Shown in pieces: positions 23,501 through 36,697 of a stretch of DNA of 64,000 nt (its first letter is position 1; each line of letters opens with the position of its first letter). Position numbers and translations under genes: made by a program. The DNA lies in contig JAVKOQ020000020.1 in NCBI GenBank assembly GCA_031835245.2, forward strand, positions 248,001 through 312,000, given 5' to 3'. This DNA is from Balamuthia mandrillaris. Lineage: Eukaryota. The notes beneath the pieces were generated by a model. That model ran no database searches. It saw only the letters and a list, made by a program, of their open reading frames with translations, and had not been told where the DNA came from.

Positions 23501-24232
23501 GATGACTCCGAATGGAGTCCGTTGATATGCTTTCCATAAAGACCTTTTCCGCATCTTCCGTATCTGTTTATTACAGCAGAGAGAGGGAGAGAGAAAGGAA
23601 AGAAGATAGAGTGAAGAGAGAAAGAAAGAAGTGTGAGAGAGAGAGAGAGAGAGAAGAGAGAGAGAGGTATTGAAAGCGAGTTTGACAAAAGAAAAATCAA
23701 AATCAAGATCGAATCAAAAACAGACGAAATACAAACCATGCGGCTTTTGGCTGTCCAGATACAACAGGATAGACACAGACATGAGAGCAAAGCCGATCAC
23801 CAGCGCAAACCCGGCCAGAACCAACTTCCATTTGCCCAATCGACCACCTTAAATAAAAACATCAACATCAACAAAAAAAAAATGTTTTCTCTTTCCTATT
23901 TGTTTGTTACCTGGCGGGAGAGCCAAAGGTACTCCGTTTTCGTGTTCCGACGCCACCTCATCAAACGAGTCCTTTTCCTGCTCCTCCTGCTCCTCCTCCC
24001 CCTCCTCGTCGGACGCAGAGGAGGAGGAAGGCTCCTCGGAGAAGATGGCCTCCTCCTCGGTGAGCTTCTTGCGTTTGTTGCGCCGGCCGCGGCGAGAGCG
24101 ACCCCCACCACCATGGCTCCTACGACTGCTGCTGCCGCTGCCGCTGCCGCTGCGCGAGTGATGATGGTGACCCCCAGCCCCGCCGGCCCTCGTGAAGACC
24201 TTCATTTCGGTGCCGCCGTCTTCCTCCATCAT
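20584..24232 (-). CDS. Glutamate carboxypeptidase II/transferrin-receptor-like type II membrane protein (PA, M28 and TfR dimerisation domains)
   Basis: TM helix near the N-terminus; FSAYSASGN, YVNFGREEDF, GDPSTPGWPS, LPTIPVQPIS, ILGNHRDAWVYG, YINVD, ERAFLDESG, RHILFAPSHNN. Confidence 0.9.
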
Positions 24233-24635
24233 CGTGTGTGTGTGTGTGTGCGTGTGTCCTTTAAGGATGCCTGTAATGCTGAGGTGCTGCCCTTTTGGGC
24301 GTTTTTTTGTGGTTTTGTCCTAAAATGAAACAAAAGTATTTTTTTCGCCAATGAAAAAAAAAGGTGGACCTTAAATCGAGCAGCCAAGGTGCAGCAGATG
24401 GGCAGCTTGAATGAGGGGTCAAACCGTGAATTCGTAATGAAATGAAAAGAAACGGCAAGGGAATAAGGAGGAGTACAAAAGTCTCTGCGCTTCCCTGCTG
24501 CTTTTGGCGTGGAAAATTAGTGTCGACTAGGACTACCCCCAAACCGCAACCATTGCGCGTTGTTAAATTTATTTGGCTCCGGCTTGAATGAACATTCATT
24601 CATTTGCTGAGCGTAGAAGCGTGGCGTGGGTACCG

Positions 24636-25619
24636 ATGGCGAGGGTAGTGGTTTGTTTGTTGGTGCTGGTGCTGTTGGGCGCGGGTGGCCATGCGAGAGT
24701 GAGCACCAGTGCGACGACGGGAGCGGGTCGCTATGATGATGGAGCGGCACCAACCGCGGCGTTACCGGATCCCTGGGCCTTGCGGCCGCAGTACCACGTG
24801 ATGCCGCTGCAGAACTGGATGAACGACCCTAACGGACCCATGTACGTACTCTCCTCTTCCTTCCTCCTGTGGGCGAATATGTGGTGCTAACCGTACACAG
24901 GTATTACAAGGGATACTATCACTTGGTATGCTCTTGCCGTTTTGATTGAGTATACGTTAACTGCTAACTTTGTAGAGTAGTTTTATCAATACAGCCCTAC
25001 ACCTGTGAGTGGCAGAATGTGGTGGATGCACGAAGTTTCTACGGACCTTGCCTTTTGGGCTCGGCTTCCTCCTGCGCTCAAGCCCGACACTAGCTATGAC
25101 AAAGGTTCCATTTGGACAACAGGAAAAGGAGAGGAAAGGGGAGGAGGATAGCTCGGGAACGAGAGAGGAAGAGAGAGAGAGGGAGAGGGAGAGAGAGAGA
25201 GAGCGAAAAGAAAGGAGAGACAGAGCGAGAGAGCGAGAGCGAGAGAGAGAGAGCGAGAGAGAGAGAGAAAAAGCTACAGATAGAGAAAGCGTGAAGGCGA
25301 GGAAGAGAGAAAATATATGATGAAGAGAGGAAGGAGTAGAAGATGCTGCTGATACGCGTTATCATTAGATGGTGTATGGTCAGGTTCAGCAACTATTTTG
25401 CAAGACGGCACGCCAGCGCTATTATATACTGGATCGGTTGGTCAGCTGGAGTATCAGTGTCTTGCCCTTCCAGCAGATCCCTCCGATCCGCTTCTCACTC
25501 ACTGGGCGAAATACTCTGGCAATCCTATCCTTGCCAACCCTCCTGCTGGAATTGATCGTTACGTATTACCACATATCTCTCCCCTCTCCTCCTTTCTTCG
25601 TTTCCCTCGTTCATTCTTT

Positions 25620-25663
<44 letters not shown>

Positions 25664-27110
25664 TCTCCTCTCTCCCCTTCCCTATCCTTCCCTGTATGTT
25701 CCTTTTACGTCATTCCTGTATTAAATGACCACGTTTGAGCAAACTACTGGCGCGATGATACTACGGCATGGAGAAGCGGAGGAGCCTGGAAAATGTTGGT
25801 AGGCGCTCGGCTCAACACCACCACTGGAGCTGCACTGCTCTATACCTCCACCGATTTCAAAAACTGGACTTATCTCCATCCCTTCTGGAGCGGAGGTACG
25901 CCTTACTATTAGCATTTATGCCCGGCCTCATACTCACACGTGCTCCTCTGCGTTTGCCTATCTGATAAGATGCGTGGGGCAATCCTCCTATATGGGAGTG
26001 TCCAGATTTCTACCCGCTAGGCGATCAGCACGTTTTGAAGTTCTCCGCTTTCTCAGACGTTGAAAGGCTCGATTGGTGGACCATCGGTACACAATACAAC
26101 GGCATCTGTTAGTTTGATACCACTATTAACGGGTGATTTCATATCACACAGGACTCTATAATGAGGATAGCCAGACCTTCACCCCGACTAGCAACACTGT
26201 GTTGGTCGATTTCGGCGGATTGTATTACGCCAGCAAGACGTTCTTAGATCCTGTTCCTCGCGGAGGGCGCCGTATCATCTATGGGTGGGTGTGCGAGGAT
26301 GAGCCAAATGCTGCCAGTCGTGGATGGCAAGGAGTGCAAGGTATGTATAATAAGTAGCGGTAGAAGAATGGAAAAGTGAAAAGAACCAGCAATAACATTG
26401 CAGGAACGAAGTTGCAATACGTATATTGGAGTAGATGAAACTAACCAACGACCTAGCATTGCCAAGAGTTGTCACTATCAACAAAGCCCTTAACCTAGTC
26501 GTCGCTGAGCCCATCCCAGAGCTTGCTAACCTACGCAACGCATCCTCCGCGCGCCACTTCCCTCATCTGGTTGTCAAACCTGGGGAATCGGTGCCTCTCA
26601 TCGGCGTAGGTGGCGCGCAACTGGAGATCGAGGCGGTATTCAAGGACCTTCGTGTCGATGCAAAGGCTCGTGTGGGCGTGCGGGTGCTGGAATCACCCAG
26701 CGGCAAGCAGCGCAACTTCACTACCGTCTATTACGAATTGCCGGGTCCAGGCGGTCGAACGGCCAAGCTCTGCATCGACCGCTCGCAATCGGGCACCGTA
26801 GGATCCACCAAACTTCAGTGTGGCGAGGCGCCCTTCTTCAAGAGCGACCACGAGCTCAATCTCCGCATCTTCGTAGATCATTCTATGATTGAGGTACCGT
26901 CCCTTCTCCCGTGACTATCAACATTACAGAGAACTGAATCCCATCCTCTTGTAATAGGCATTTGCACACCATGGCCGCCACAGAGGAACCAGCCGCGTGT
27001 ATATCGACATGAGCCGCGAGGACGAGCTCGGGGTTTCCGTCTTCTCCGAGTCCAGTCGTGCGACCACGCAAGTCGATACATGGCAGCTTCTTCCTTGTTA
27101 TGCTCCCTAA
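24636..27110 (+). CDS. Glycoside hydrolase family 32 (invertase/beta-fructofuranosidase-like), secreted
   Basis: Signal peptide; [64 protein letters not shown]; stop TAA at 27108-27110. Confidence 0.93.
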
Positions 27111-27609
27111 AACGCACACCAGAAACTGCAACCACTGCAGCAACTGTCCAAGGCAGAAGTTGCAGAGGCGATGAGGAAGTTTATACCCTCAGTGCGCAAA
27201 CTCAACGGCGAACGATTCGTGGCGACATCTCTGACAAGACAGCAGTGAGAGCGAGATTGAGATGGAGAGCAAGAAGGCACAGCGTGGCAGTTGGATCACG
27301 ATGCAGAGCTGTTTCCAGCGAAGCAGGTTCTTGCAGCAGAGATGTGGCTTGCGCTCTTACAAGAGAACAAGTGCCGCACAACACGAGCGGGCAAACGACA
27401 CTGTTTCCCTTTCGCATAAATATTCTTGCAGTCGACTCTAAATGATAGCCCCCGAAATTTCGTGCATTCAACGAAATTCGAACGAAATGAACGACAAAAC
27501 CAGCAGAAATGCTGCCCATTTTGATGGCAATTATAAATTAATTTTGAGCTCAAAAAAAAAATTGTTGCAAAAAAAAATTATTATTCAAAAAACGTAGCAA
27601 GGAGAGAGC

Positions 27610-28966
27610 ATGAAGAAAGGATGGCACAGGTTTGAGCAACGCCTGGGCGAAGGCCTTGGCTACGCCAAGAAAAGCCAAGAGGAGGACGAGGACTTCAAGA
27701 AACGCGAGGAGCTCACCATGGCCACCAAGCACGCCACCGACAAGGTGGTGGAGGAGATCTCTCCCTCCTCCGACTCCAAGAACCCGGTCACTGGGCTGTT
27801 CGCTGGGGAGAGCAAGAAGACCAAGGAGGAGAAGGCTGGGGAGGCCTTTGTCAAGCTGGGGGCCAAGCTGAAGGAGGTGGACGAGAGGGGCTCTCCCTTT
27901 GGGGAGGGCATCGTTTCTCTGGGCAGCACGCTGCTGCAGGTGGGCGCTGAGCACCAGCAGCTGAACAGGCAGTTGTTGGAGAAGGCCGTTGGCCCCATGA
28001 GGCAATTTCAGACCGACACTCTGAAGAATGGTTTGGTGTTTTGTTATTTTGTGTGATTTGAGTGTAACGTTGTAGTGTCGTTGCATATGCTCTGCTTGTG
28101 CTTGTGCTTGTACTGTGCTTCTTGTTCTTTCCTTCTTTCTTCTCTGTTGCTTTTGTTCTTCTCTTCGCCTTAGTTGTCATCTTCTTGCACTCACTCTTTT
28201 CTTCTCCACAAACTCATTACACAAACCAAACCAACCTACAGTATCTCACCTACAAAAGAAATATGAGGAGCATCGTCTCGAGTACGACTCTGCCAAACGT
28301 GCCAACGACAAAAAAAGCAGCCCAAAGACCCAACAAGAGCTAGACCGAGCCAAAGAGGCCTTTGAGGCCTCCAAGAACAGCTACTATGAGGCTATGCTTC
28401 GTGTTCAGGACAGCGAGGCCGACCAGGTGAAGCAGCTGGCGGCTTATGCCGAGTGCTATGCTGAGTACTATCGTGCATGCTCTCGTTTGTTTGAAACCGT
28501 GGCGAAGGAGCTGGATTCGTTGGCTCAGCAAGCTGCGTCATCTCCTTCATCTTCTTCTCATTATCCTTCGAATACTTATTCTTCAGGAGGAGATGGCTAC
28601 CCTTCACCTCCTTCGTCATCCGCTTCTGCTTCGTACATGTCACAACCATCGGCCTCTCCCCATCCTACCTATCCATCTCCGTCTTCCTCGGCTCCTTCTC
28701 CTTATTCATACCAAGGAGCACCAACAGCACCATCAACCACAACCCCAAGAGGACCACCCCCTACTCCTCCTCCACGAGCCGCTGCTGCTCCTTCTGTGCA
28801 AACGTGCACCGCCTTGTACGACTTTCAGGGGCAATCCGACCAGGAGCTGAGCTTCAGGCAAGGAGACGTGATCATGGTGCTGAAGCAAGTGAATCAGGAT
28901 TGGCACGAGGGCGCGCTGCAAGGACGCGTTGGTATCTTTCCTACCTCCTACGTGCAATTGAACTGA
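27610..28966 (+). CDS. BAR and SH3 domain endophilin-like protein; intron ~28031-28241
   Basis: Amphipathic N-terminus and helical BAR region (KYEEHRLEYDS), Pro/Ser linker, SH3 CTALYDFQGQSDQELSF...DWHEG...GIFPTSYV. Confidence 0.9.
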
Positions 28967-29224
28967 GCCAATTTCCACCAAATTGCAACGGAAATTCATT
29001 CGCATCCCTTTTTTTTTGTACATTTCGTGTCGTCGTGAAAAAGAACTCCAATTTGCATGTCGTCATGAAATTTGAAGTGAAACAAAACCAAAAAGAAAAA
29101 AAGCGTTACAGACTCTCATATACAAGGAGACGGGGTTACCGGTCCTTCTTCCTTCTTCTTCTTCTTCTTCTTCTTCTTCTTCTTCTTCTGAGTAACGAAC
29201 AAACAACTTCTGAACGCTTTCGTT

Positions 29225-31111
29225 ATGACCTCCACGTCCTTTGAAAATGCATTTACCACAGCAATAGCAACGAAAGAAGAACCCACACTCACACCCTCAA
29301 CAAACTCCACTTCTTCTCGTGTGGAGCAGGACCACCGCTCCGGCCTCGTCGTCATCGACAAAGCAGCCGGCGCCATGGTGGAGTCTCCTTCTCCTGACCA
29401 AACCATCGACTACAGCTATAACAAAAAAGAACGACACAACAAAAGAACCAACCACAGCGCCAAATTGGGGACTTCTCTTCCCTCCGACTCGTTTCTCCGT
29501 GCCGATCTGGACTCCTCCACAACGGAGGATGAGGAAGATGAAGGAGAAGAACAGGAGGAGGTGGAAGAGGAGGAAGGGAGAGGAGGAGACAGTGACTCAG
29601 CATTGGCCTCCGAGGAGGAGGAAGACGAAGTGGTGAACGAAGAAGAAGCCACAACAGAAACAAGTTTGACAGCCTCCACGAAGAGAAAAGTTTGGAGGCG
29701 CTCTCTTCCTTCCTCTCTCATCCTTCGTGCCAAAGGCAAACGACAGAACCACAAAGAGAAGAAGAAGGAGCGAAAGAAGGAGAAGCAGCAACAAAGAAAC
29801 AAGAGCAAGAGCAAACAGGCCTCCCCTTCTTCTCCTTCCACTGCTGCTCTTCCGCTGCCAGCCATCATGGTCTCACCTATAGGAGGAGAAAGAGAAGGGG
29901 ATGAAGGAGCAGGAGGGGTTACGACGGTGACGCCTCGTTCTCCTCGCAACAGCGCTCCCGCCTCCCTTCCAAGCCCTTCTGCCAAAGCGCGAGAGAAATC
30001 ACCTCGCTCTTCTTCCAAGCGAGCAAAGTCTCCTCGTGCTCCTTCTCCGCAGGCTCAAGAAAAGACAAAGAAAGAGAAAGGAACAAAACACAACAACAAA
30101 CAACAGAACGGGTGGACAACAATGTCTCAAAACGAAGGACCTCAACCACCACCAAAAACCACAGCAGACCAGAAGCACAAACACCACAACCACAATAGCA
30201 ACAACCAAAACGACGTGCAACAGCACTTGCACTTGCTGTTGGGCATTCGAAAGGACTCCACCACCTCCATTACGAGTTTCGATGGAACAACCAGCGAGTG
30301 GGAGAGCGAGCTCAGCGACTGCGATGAAGACTTTTTCCTCTACACTCCCAAAGGCACTCTTGGCGCTAGTTCAGGCGCCCAACTGATTGCTCAACAAAGC
30401 AACAGCAGAAAGAATACTTCTTCTGCTCCTTCTTTACAACCATCTGTCGAACAGCTCTTTGATAAGTCTGCTTCTCCTCCGTCTTCGTCTTCCACTTCCC
30501 GTCCTGCTGCGAATTCGTTTCAGGATAGAAAAACGGTGACAAAGCAGTGCAGAGCGGAGCATGGGGATGGCTATACCCGGTTTACTTGTACTATAGAGGA
30601 TCGGCCGCAAGGATGGCGCATTGGCGATGTTGTAACAATACAAGGTAATATCTTGCCCTTCGTTCTTTCCTACTTTCATTTTTGTTCTTTGCTCTGTCTC
30701 ACCTTTCTTTCTATGCCAAACTTAAAACCAACAGTGGATGTAGATGAGAGAGCAGGAAAGAAAGTCAAATCCATGCGCGTGCACATTGAAGAGAAACACC
30801 GCCACCCGCACCAAAATCTAAAATCCTCCTCCTCCTCCTCTTCTTTTTCTTCCTCCTCCTCCTCTCTCGTCACCAAAACCAAAGCAAAAGAGTTTGATGA
30901 GGGCTTTCCTTTGGCGGCCTACACCGACCACAGCTTCACAAAGATGTACACTATTCCCGAGAATCAAGGCCTCCATGCGAGCAACAACAACAACAACAAC
31001 AAGAAAGTGCAGCACGAGCTCGTGGTGGCCTTTACCTTGCCCAAGAGTCTCATGCAAAACGTGGTCACTTGGGTCAGCTTTCCTTTGAAGATCGTTTCCT
31101 CTTCAACATAA
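29225..31111 (+). CDS. Long disordered protein with a C-terminal arrestin-C-like beta-sandwich; intron ~30644-30733
   Basis: 628-codon ORF; C-terminal GWRIGDVVTIQ/VDVDERAGKKVKSMRVHIEE...YTIP...VQHELVVAF...VSFPLKIV fits the arrestin-C pattern. Confidence 0.65.
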   Translation: MTSTSFENAFTTAIATKEEPTLTPSTNSTSSRVEQDHRSGLVVIDKAAGAMVESPSPDQTIDYSYNKKERHNKRTNHSAKLGTSLPSDSFLRADLDSSTTEDEEDEGEEQEEVEEEEGRGGDSDSALASEEEEDEVVNEEEATTETSLTASTKRKVWRRSLPSSLILRAKGKRQNHKEKKKERKKEKQQQRNKSKSKQASPSSPSTAALPLPAIMVSPIGGEREGDEGAGGVTTVTPRSPRNSAPASLPSPSAKAREKSPRSSSKRAKSPRAPSPQAQEKTKKEKGTKHNNKQQNGWTTMSQNEGPQPPPKTTADQKHKHHNHNSNNQNDVQQHLHLLLGIRKDSTTSITSFDGTTSEWESELSDCDEDFFLYTPKGTLGASSGAQLIAQQSNSRKNTSSAPSLQPSVEQLFDKSASPPSSSSTSRPAANSFQDRKTVTKQCRAEHGDGYTRFTCTIEDRPQGWRIGDVVTIQGNILPFVLSYFHFCSLLCLTFLSMPNLKPTVDVDERAGKKVKSMRVHIEEKHRHPHQNLKSSSSSSSFSSSSSSLVTKTKAKEFDEGFPLAAYTDHSFTKMYTIPENQGLHASNNNNNNKKVQHELVVAFTLPKSLMQNVVTWVSFPLKIVSSST

Positions 31112-31331
31112 CGAGAATATATTTTATAATAAAAAAAAATAGAAAAATAACAAAAAAAATAGTTGACTAACATCTGGCGTTGAACCGACGTCCAGGCGAC
31201 CCATCTTGAAATACCAAAAAAAGGGAATTTACCGATTCGATGCACTACCGTCTTCAAAGAATAAAACACTTTTGCTGTATCATCACGCGCGAAAGCAACA
31301 GACGGAGAAGGAACAAAGAAGCAAGACCCAC

Positions 31332-32680
31332 ATGAAAAGCAAGCCGAAGAGCACCACCCCCAACCGTCGGATGTTGAGAGCCGCTCTGTTTGTTTGCGTT
31401 TCGGTTTTGATATGCTTTGCTTTCTATGCTCTCTTAGCACAGCCATCGCCAGATGGGCCGAAGAAAAGGGCAACGGAAACTGCTGGCGCTCTCCTCTCCC
31501 CCGAAAATGACGTTGAACCCCACGGTGCAGAAACATGCCCCAGCAAGATACCAAAGTTTATAATATATTCCATGCAACGTAGCGGCTCAATCTTCCTTTC
31601 TGCGGTTTGCATCTTTTTGAAACAAGAATCGCCGGACAATGAGAGGAGAGACAGAGAGCAAGTACCAAAAGAGGGAACGAAATGGCAAGTCCGACCTAAC
31701 ACAACAATTGAAACTTTATGCATAGGTTCTGGAACAGATTCTTTCTGTCAGAATGGGCTACGAAGTGTTTCGTGAGTCCAGGCCGGTAAGATCGCCTTCG
31801 CTCACGGAGAGCATCCTGAAGCAGGCGGAGGCAAATGGGGAGAACGGTTATGTGATTCAAGTAGGTTCACCTCTCCATAACATTACGTTCACATGCTCTT
31901 TAATATCTTCATTCTAATATCCTTCTTTTTAAAACTAGCAGCAGGACGTAGAAGATCAAAAGTGGTTATTTCCGATGCTTAAAGCATCTAACGCTTCAGT
32001 TATCTTTCTCAAGAGATTAGACCTCTTAGCCGCTTTTCTTTCCTGGGAAACTCAAAGGGCACACAAACGCGTCCAAGAATGGCACTGTACAACCCCTGAA
32101 TGTCTTGAGCGGTTTGACAAGCTCACCATTCGACCAAAGATGCATGTTGTCCAAAGGTACCTTGCGAAACGGGAAAAAGACATTCTGACCCAAGAGAGAC
32201 TATTAACTCAGGTGAGTATCACTGAGTAGCTGTCCCCTTTTCTCCTTGATATCTTTCTCGTCGTCACCATCGTCTTTGTCAGCGTGATTGTTATTGTGGT
32301 TGTCATCGCTGCAATCGATGGATGCATTTTTGTTGTCATTATTCTTTATCCTCCACTTCTTCCTCCGCTTTTATCGTCTTCTTTGTTCTCCTGCTTCGCC
32401 ATCTTCAGTCTTTTCGGTAATTTGATTCCTGCTTATTCTGCTAGCGTAGTTAGGTTTTCGGTATCATACCCTGGCCTATGAAGATCTCACCTCAAATGTG
32501 CAAGTTGAAGTCTGCAAGATAATTCAGTTTTTAGGATGTGACTGTGCCGTCATTGGAGACAGTGTTTATACGTCTTTGCTAAAGGTACATACCAAGCCCA
32601 AGTCTTCCTACTTCCAGAACTGGGAGGAAATTGTTCAGCTGTTGAAAGATACGCCTTATGCCTGGATGCTAAACACATAA
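31332..32680 (+). CDS. Golgi-type sulfotransferase (Stf0/NodH-like), type II membrane protein
   Basis: TM helix, then 5'-PSB FIIYSMQRSGS, 3'-PB VIFLKRLDLLAAFLS, LAYEDL, IIQFLG and a KVH..P.S.YFQNWEEI tail; three introns. Confidence 0.82.
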
Positions 32681-32806
32681 CGGTATCAACCGTTGTTGTC
32701 TTGTTAAATAAAAACAAGAAGCAGTAAGCAAACGATACTTTCATCTTTCTTTGTTGTTAACAAAAAGCACAACCTTTACAAAAAGAAAAATACCATTACT
32801 GGTTCG

Positions 32807-35800
32807 TCAAGAAGAGATCTCTTGGGTGCTTTCCCTTTCCTCTTGTTCGCTTCGGCTCTCGTCATCATAACTCTCGCTTTCTTTCTCACTAGTTACAACA
32901 GCCTCCTTGGAGGACACTTCCTCCTCACTCTCGCTTTCTTCCTCACTGGTTGCACCAGTCTCCTTTGCTGTATCTTGTCCTTGATGCAACTCTTCTGTAG
33001 AGCCCTCTTCTTCGAGGCTCGAAGCAGCTGCTGGGACAATGCTTTCCATTTCCATTGCCTCCTCCTCTTTCTTGGCCAATGTCGCCCTTTTTGCTCGCAG
33101 CTCACTCTTCCTCAACCTCGCTTTGGTGTCCTTTCTCTTCTTCTTCCTGTCCTGCTGGGTGATCCAAAGATTGTGCAGCAGCCGCCGCAGCACCTTGTAC
33201 ATCTCCGACAAGATCACAAACAGCACCACAGAACCCGCACCCAAGGCCCATCCTCTCCACCCAGGATCTTCCTGTCGGAAGATGACGTTGTTGATGCCAG
33301 GAATGTAGACAGAGAGCACCACCGAGATGGAACCCAAAATGAAGGTCAAATGGAAGGGCCAGCATTGAATGAGGAATGTGTGATCGAAGGATGAACTCTT
33401 CAACCGGCGACAGTTGTACCCATGATAAAGAAGCATGCCGGTGAGCGAGATGAAGGCGGTGGCTTGAGATTGTTTGACAGTGAAGTCCCAGACAATGTTC
33501 ATGACAATGAAGCTGGTGAGGGAGAGAGCACCCATTATGATGCCGTAGATGAAGATGTCAGCGATGGTGCCAATGGTGAATGTGGGCTCTCCGATGGGTC
33601 GCATCTTTTTGTCCATCAAGTCAGGTGTGGCTGGTTCGACTCCCAAGAGCATTGCTGGTGGTGGACCTTTTTTTAAATTGTCGTTCAACAATGTAGATAG
33701 CAGGCAATGTGAGAAGAGCAAACGAGGGAGAGGGAGCGAGAGAACGAGAGAGAGGGTCTCTTACTTGATACGAGATTCAGCCAAAGAATTTGCAAAGAGG
33801 TCATTGGGGGATAAAGCCCAGAAACAATGCCGATGATCATGACAATGGTTTCTGCGACGTTGCTGGAAAGAAGATGAACGAGGAACTTTCGGATGTTGGC
33901 AAACGTTCTTCTACCTTCCGCAATAGCTCGGGCAATTGTACAAAAGTCGTCATCCAAAAGGATAATGTCAGAGGCTTCTTTGGTTACGTCTGTTCCCGCA
34001 ATGCCTAAACGAAATAGAAAGGGTAACTTAGAGCCACGTTAAAAAAAAACAAAGAAAATATAAAGGGAAAACAAACCCATGGCAATTCCAATGTCAGCAG
34101 CAGAGATTGCAGGACTGTCATTGACACCATCGCCTGTCATGGCCACCACTTTGCCTCCATGATGCAGCTGCTTCACCATCTTCACCTTGCTCTCCGGGCT
34201 GCACCTCGCTATCACCAACGGCAGCTCATCCAGCTCATCCAGCTCTTCCTCGGTCATCCTGTCAAAGACCGTGGAGGTCATGGCAAGGCCTCTCCCCTCC
34301 TCTTCCTCCGTGATGATGCCGATCTGCTTGGCAATGGCCAGAGCGGTGGACAAGTGATCCCCTGTCAGCATTCTCACGATGATCCCTGCTTTGTGACAGG
34401 TGGCAACTGCCTCCTTCACCCCCTTTCTCGGTGGATCTTGAATACCGACCAGACCCACAAAGGTCAGGTTCTGCTCCACATCCTCTCTGTTGAGCTGTGG
34501 ATCCTCCTCGTCCTCATGGTCTTCATACTCATCGGTCATCTCGCGGTAGGCCAAAGCCAAGACACGAAGGCCTTGGTTGGCCAGCTGCTCGTTCATGGCT
34601 TTGATGCGTTCCAGCTCCTCATCTCCAAACTCGCTGGTCACCCCTCCGTCCTCCATCATGGCCGTGCACCTTGGCAAGAGGCGCTCGGGAGCTCCCTTGG
34701 TGAAGAGGAAGACAGACTTGTCCTCCTTTCGCTGGTGGATGACGCTCATTCTCTTGATGGTGCTGTCAAAGGGGAACTCTTGCAGGTTCTGCCACTCCTC
34801 CTTGAGAAGCTGCCGTGAGTAACCCAGTTTGGCTGAGAGCACCACCAGAGCCGCTTCCGTGGGAGAACCTAGGGCTACCCACTCCTCTACTTCCTCTCCG
34901 CTTTCCGTTAGTTGAGCTTTTTCCTGGTTAGCGGCAGTCTTCTTGTGATCGTCGTGTTGCTTGGCGGCTTTGCCACACCAACTCCAGGGCTTCCACCATC
35001 TCTTGCTTGACACTGGTTTGCCATCAACCACTTTGACATTCCTCTTGATATCAGAGGCATTGCACAGAGAGCAGACGAGCAGGGCAAGATGAAGGTGATG
35101 GTCTTTGTCCTCGATTTCCGTCATGGACGCCACCACCGGTGTTGGTGAGGTCCCTTCTTCCTCCTCCTCCTCCTCTGCTTCTTCTCCATCTTCCTCCTTG
35201 GGCTTGATGAAGACATTGCCGCTGTTTGGGTTGAAGCCCTCACCGTCGATGATGAAGGACTTTTCCGGAAGCCATAACTCTGTGGCCATCATTTTGCCTT
35301 GGGTGAGGGTTCCTGTCTTATCCGAGCAAACATCTGTGACGTTGCCCAGTTGTTCCAAGGATTTCATCTTCCGCACCAATGCCTTCTGTTCCGCCATCCC
35401 TTTCACTCCAAGACTCAACACCACCGTGATCACTGCCACCAAAGCCTCTGGCAGGAGCGCCACCGATGTGGCCACGGCCACGGTGAGGCCTTTGGGATAA
35501 AGCTCCTCTGTGTCATGCACCCACAGGAACAGAAGCACCGTGCCAATGCAAGCGACAGCAGCACAGGCCAACAGAATGCCCAACCTGGTCATCCTTTTCT
35601 GTTGAATTAATGGTTCTTAGATGTTATCATGGGGGCAGGGAGAGAAGAGAAGAAAGAGGTGAAAGAAACCTCAAGGCTGGTCGTTTGCTTCTTGGCGTTG
35701 GCCACTGCGTGGGCAATCTGTCCAAGTTCCGTGCGGGAGCCGGTCATGATGACAATGCCTTTGCCCTTGCCCTTGGTGACCAGAGTGCTCATGAAGGCCA

Positions 35801-36697
35801 TGTTCTTGCGATCGCCGAGGGGGCAGTCCTTGTTGTCGATGGCATCGACCTTCTTCTCGATGGGCACACTCTCTCCCGTCAAAACGCCTTCCTCGCAATC
35901 CAGGTTCAGCGCCTCGCATACTCGAACGTCTGTTTTATTTTTATTTTTTCGTCAATTTTCTTAAAATAAAGAAAAGAAAAAACCAACAATAATTCCAATA
36001 CAACGTAATAAATTGAAAAAATGACATATATAGATAAATATTTGAAAAGTTTGTAGATTATCCACAATCGACTGCAAGAACAAAAAAAAAAAAGGTGAGA
36101 AAAAACATGTAACATACCTGCGGGGACTTTGTCGCCTTGGGTGAGGAGGACCACGTCCCCAGGCACCAGCTCGGAGGCGGAGAGCTCCAGCTCGACGCCA
36201 TCCCGCAGCACCATGGCGGATGGCGCGGACAAGCTCTTCAGCGCTTCCACGCTCTTTTCTGACTTGTATTCTGCATGATGGGGTTGGGGGGAAAAAAAAG
36301 TGAGAGAGAGCCCTTTTACTAAAAAGCAAAGAGAAGGAGAAGAGGAGAACGAACCTTGCATGACTCCAATGATCACGTCAGCAACCATGATGAAAGCAAT
36401 GACAGTGGAGTCGATGGGTTGCAGAGTGGCGATGGTGAGGGAGAGAGCCACCAGGAGCACCCCCATCATGAAGTTAAATGTGTGGTGGAAGAGGAGCTTC
36501 CACAGCTTGACCCCTCCTTCCTGTTTCAGCTGGTTGGGACCCCATTCTTCCGTGCGTTGCTTCACTTGCTCTGGGTTGAGGCCAACAGCGGTGTCAACAG
36601 AAAAAAACTCCGCGAGTTGTTCTGTGGACAAGGTGTGCGCGAAGAGGTACTCGTTGGCAAGGCCGTCTCGAGGATTTACGACTTCCCCTGCACCCAT
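32807..36697 (-). CDS. P-type ATPase, ENA (P2D) Na+/K+ efflux-like, paralog A
   Basis: TGES, LPEAL, CSDKTGTLT, EFPFDSTIKRMSV, KGAPE, DPPR, MLTGDH, ARCSPESKVKMV, MTGDGVNDSP, HLLSSNVAE. Confidence 0.92.
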
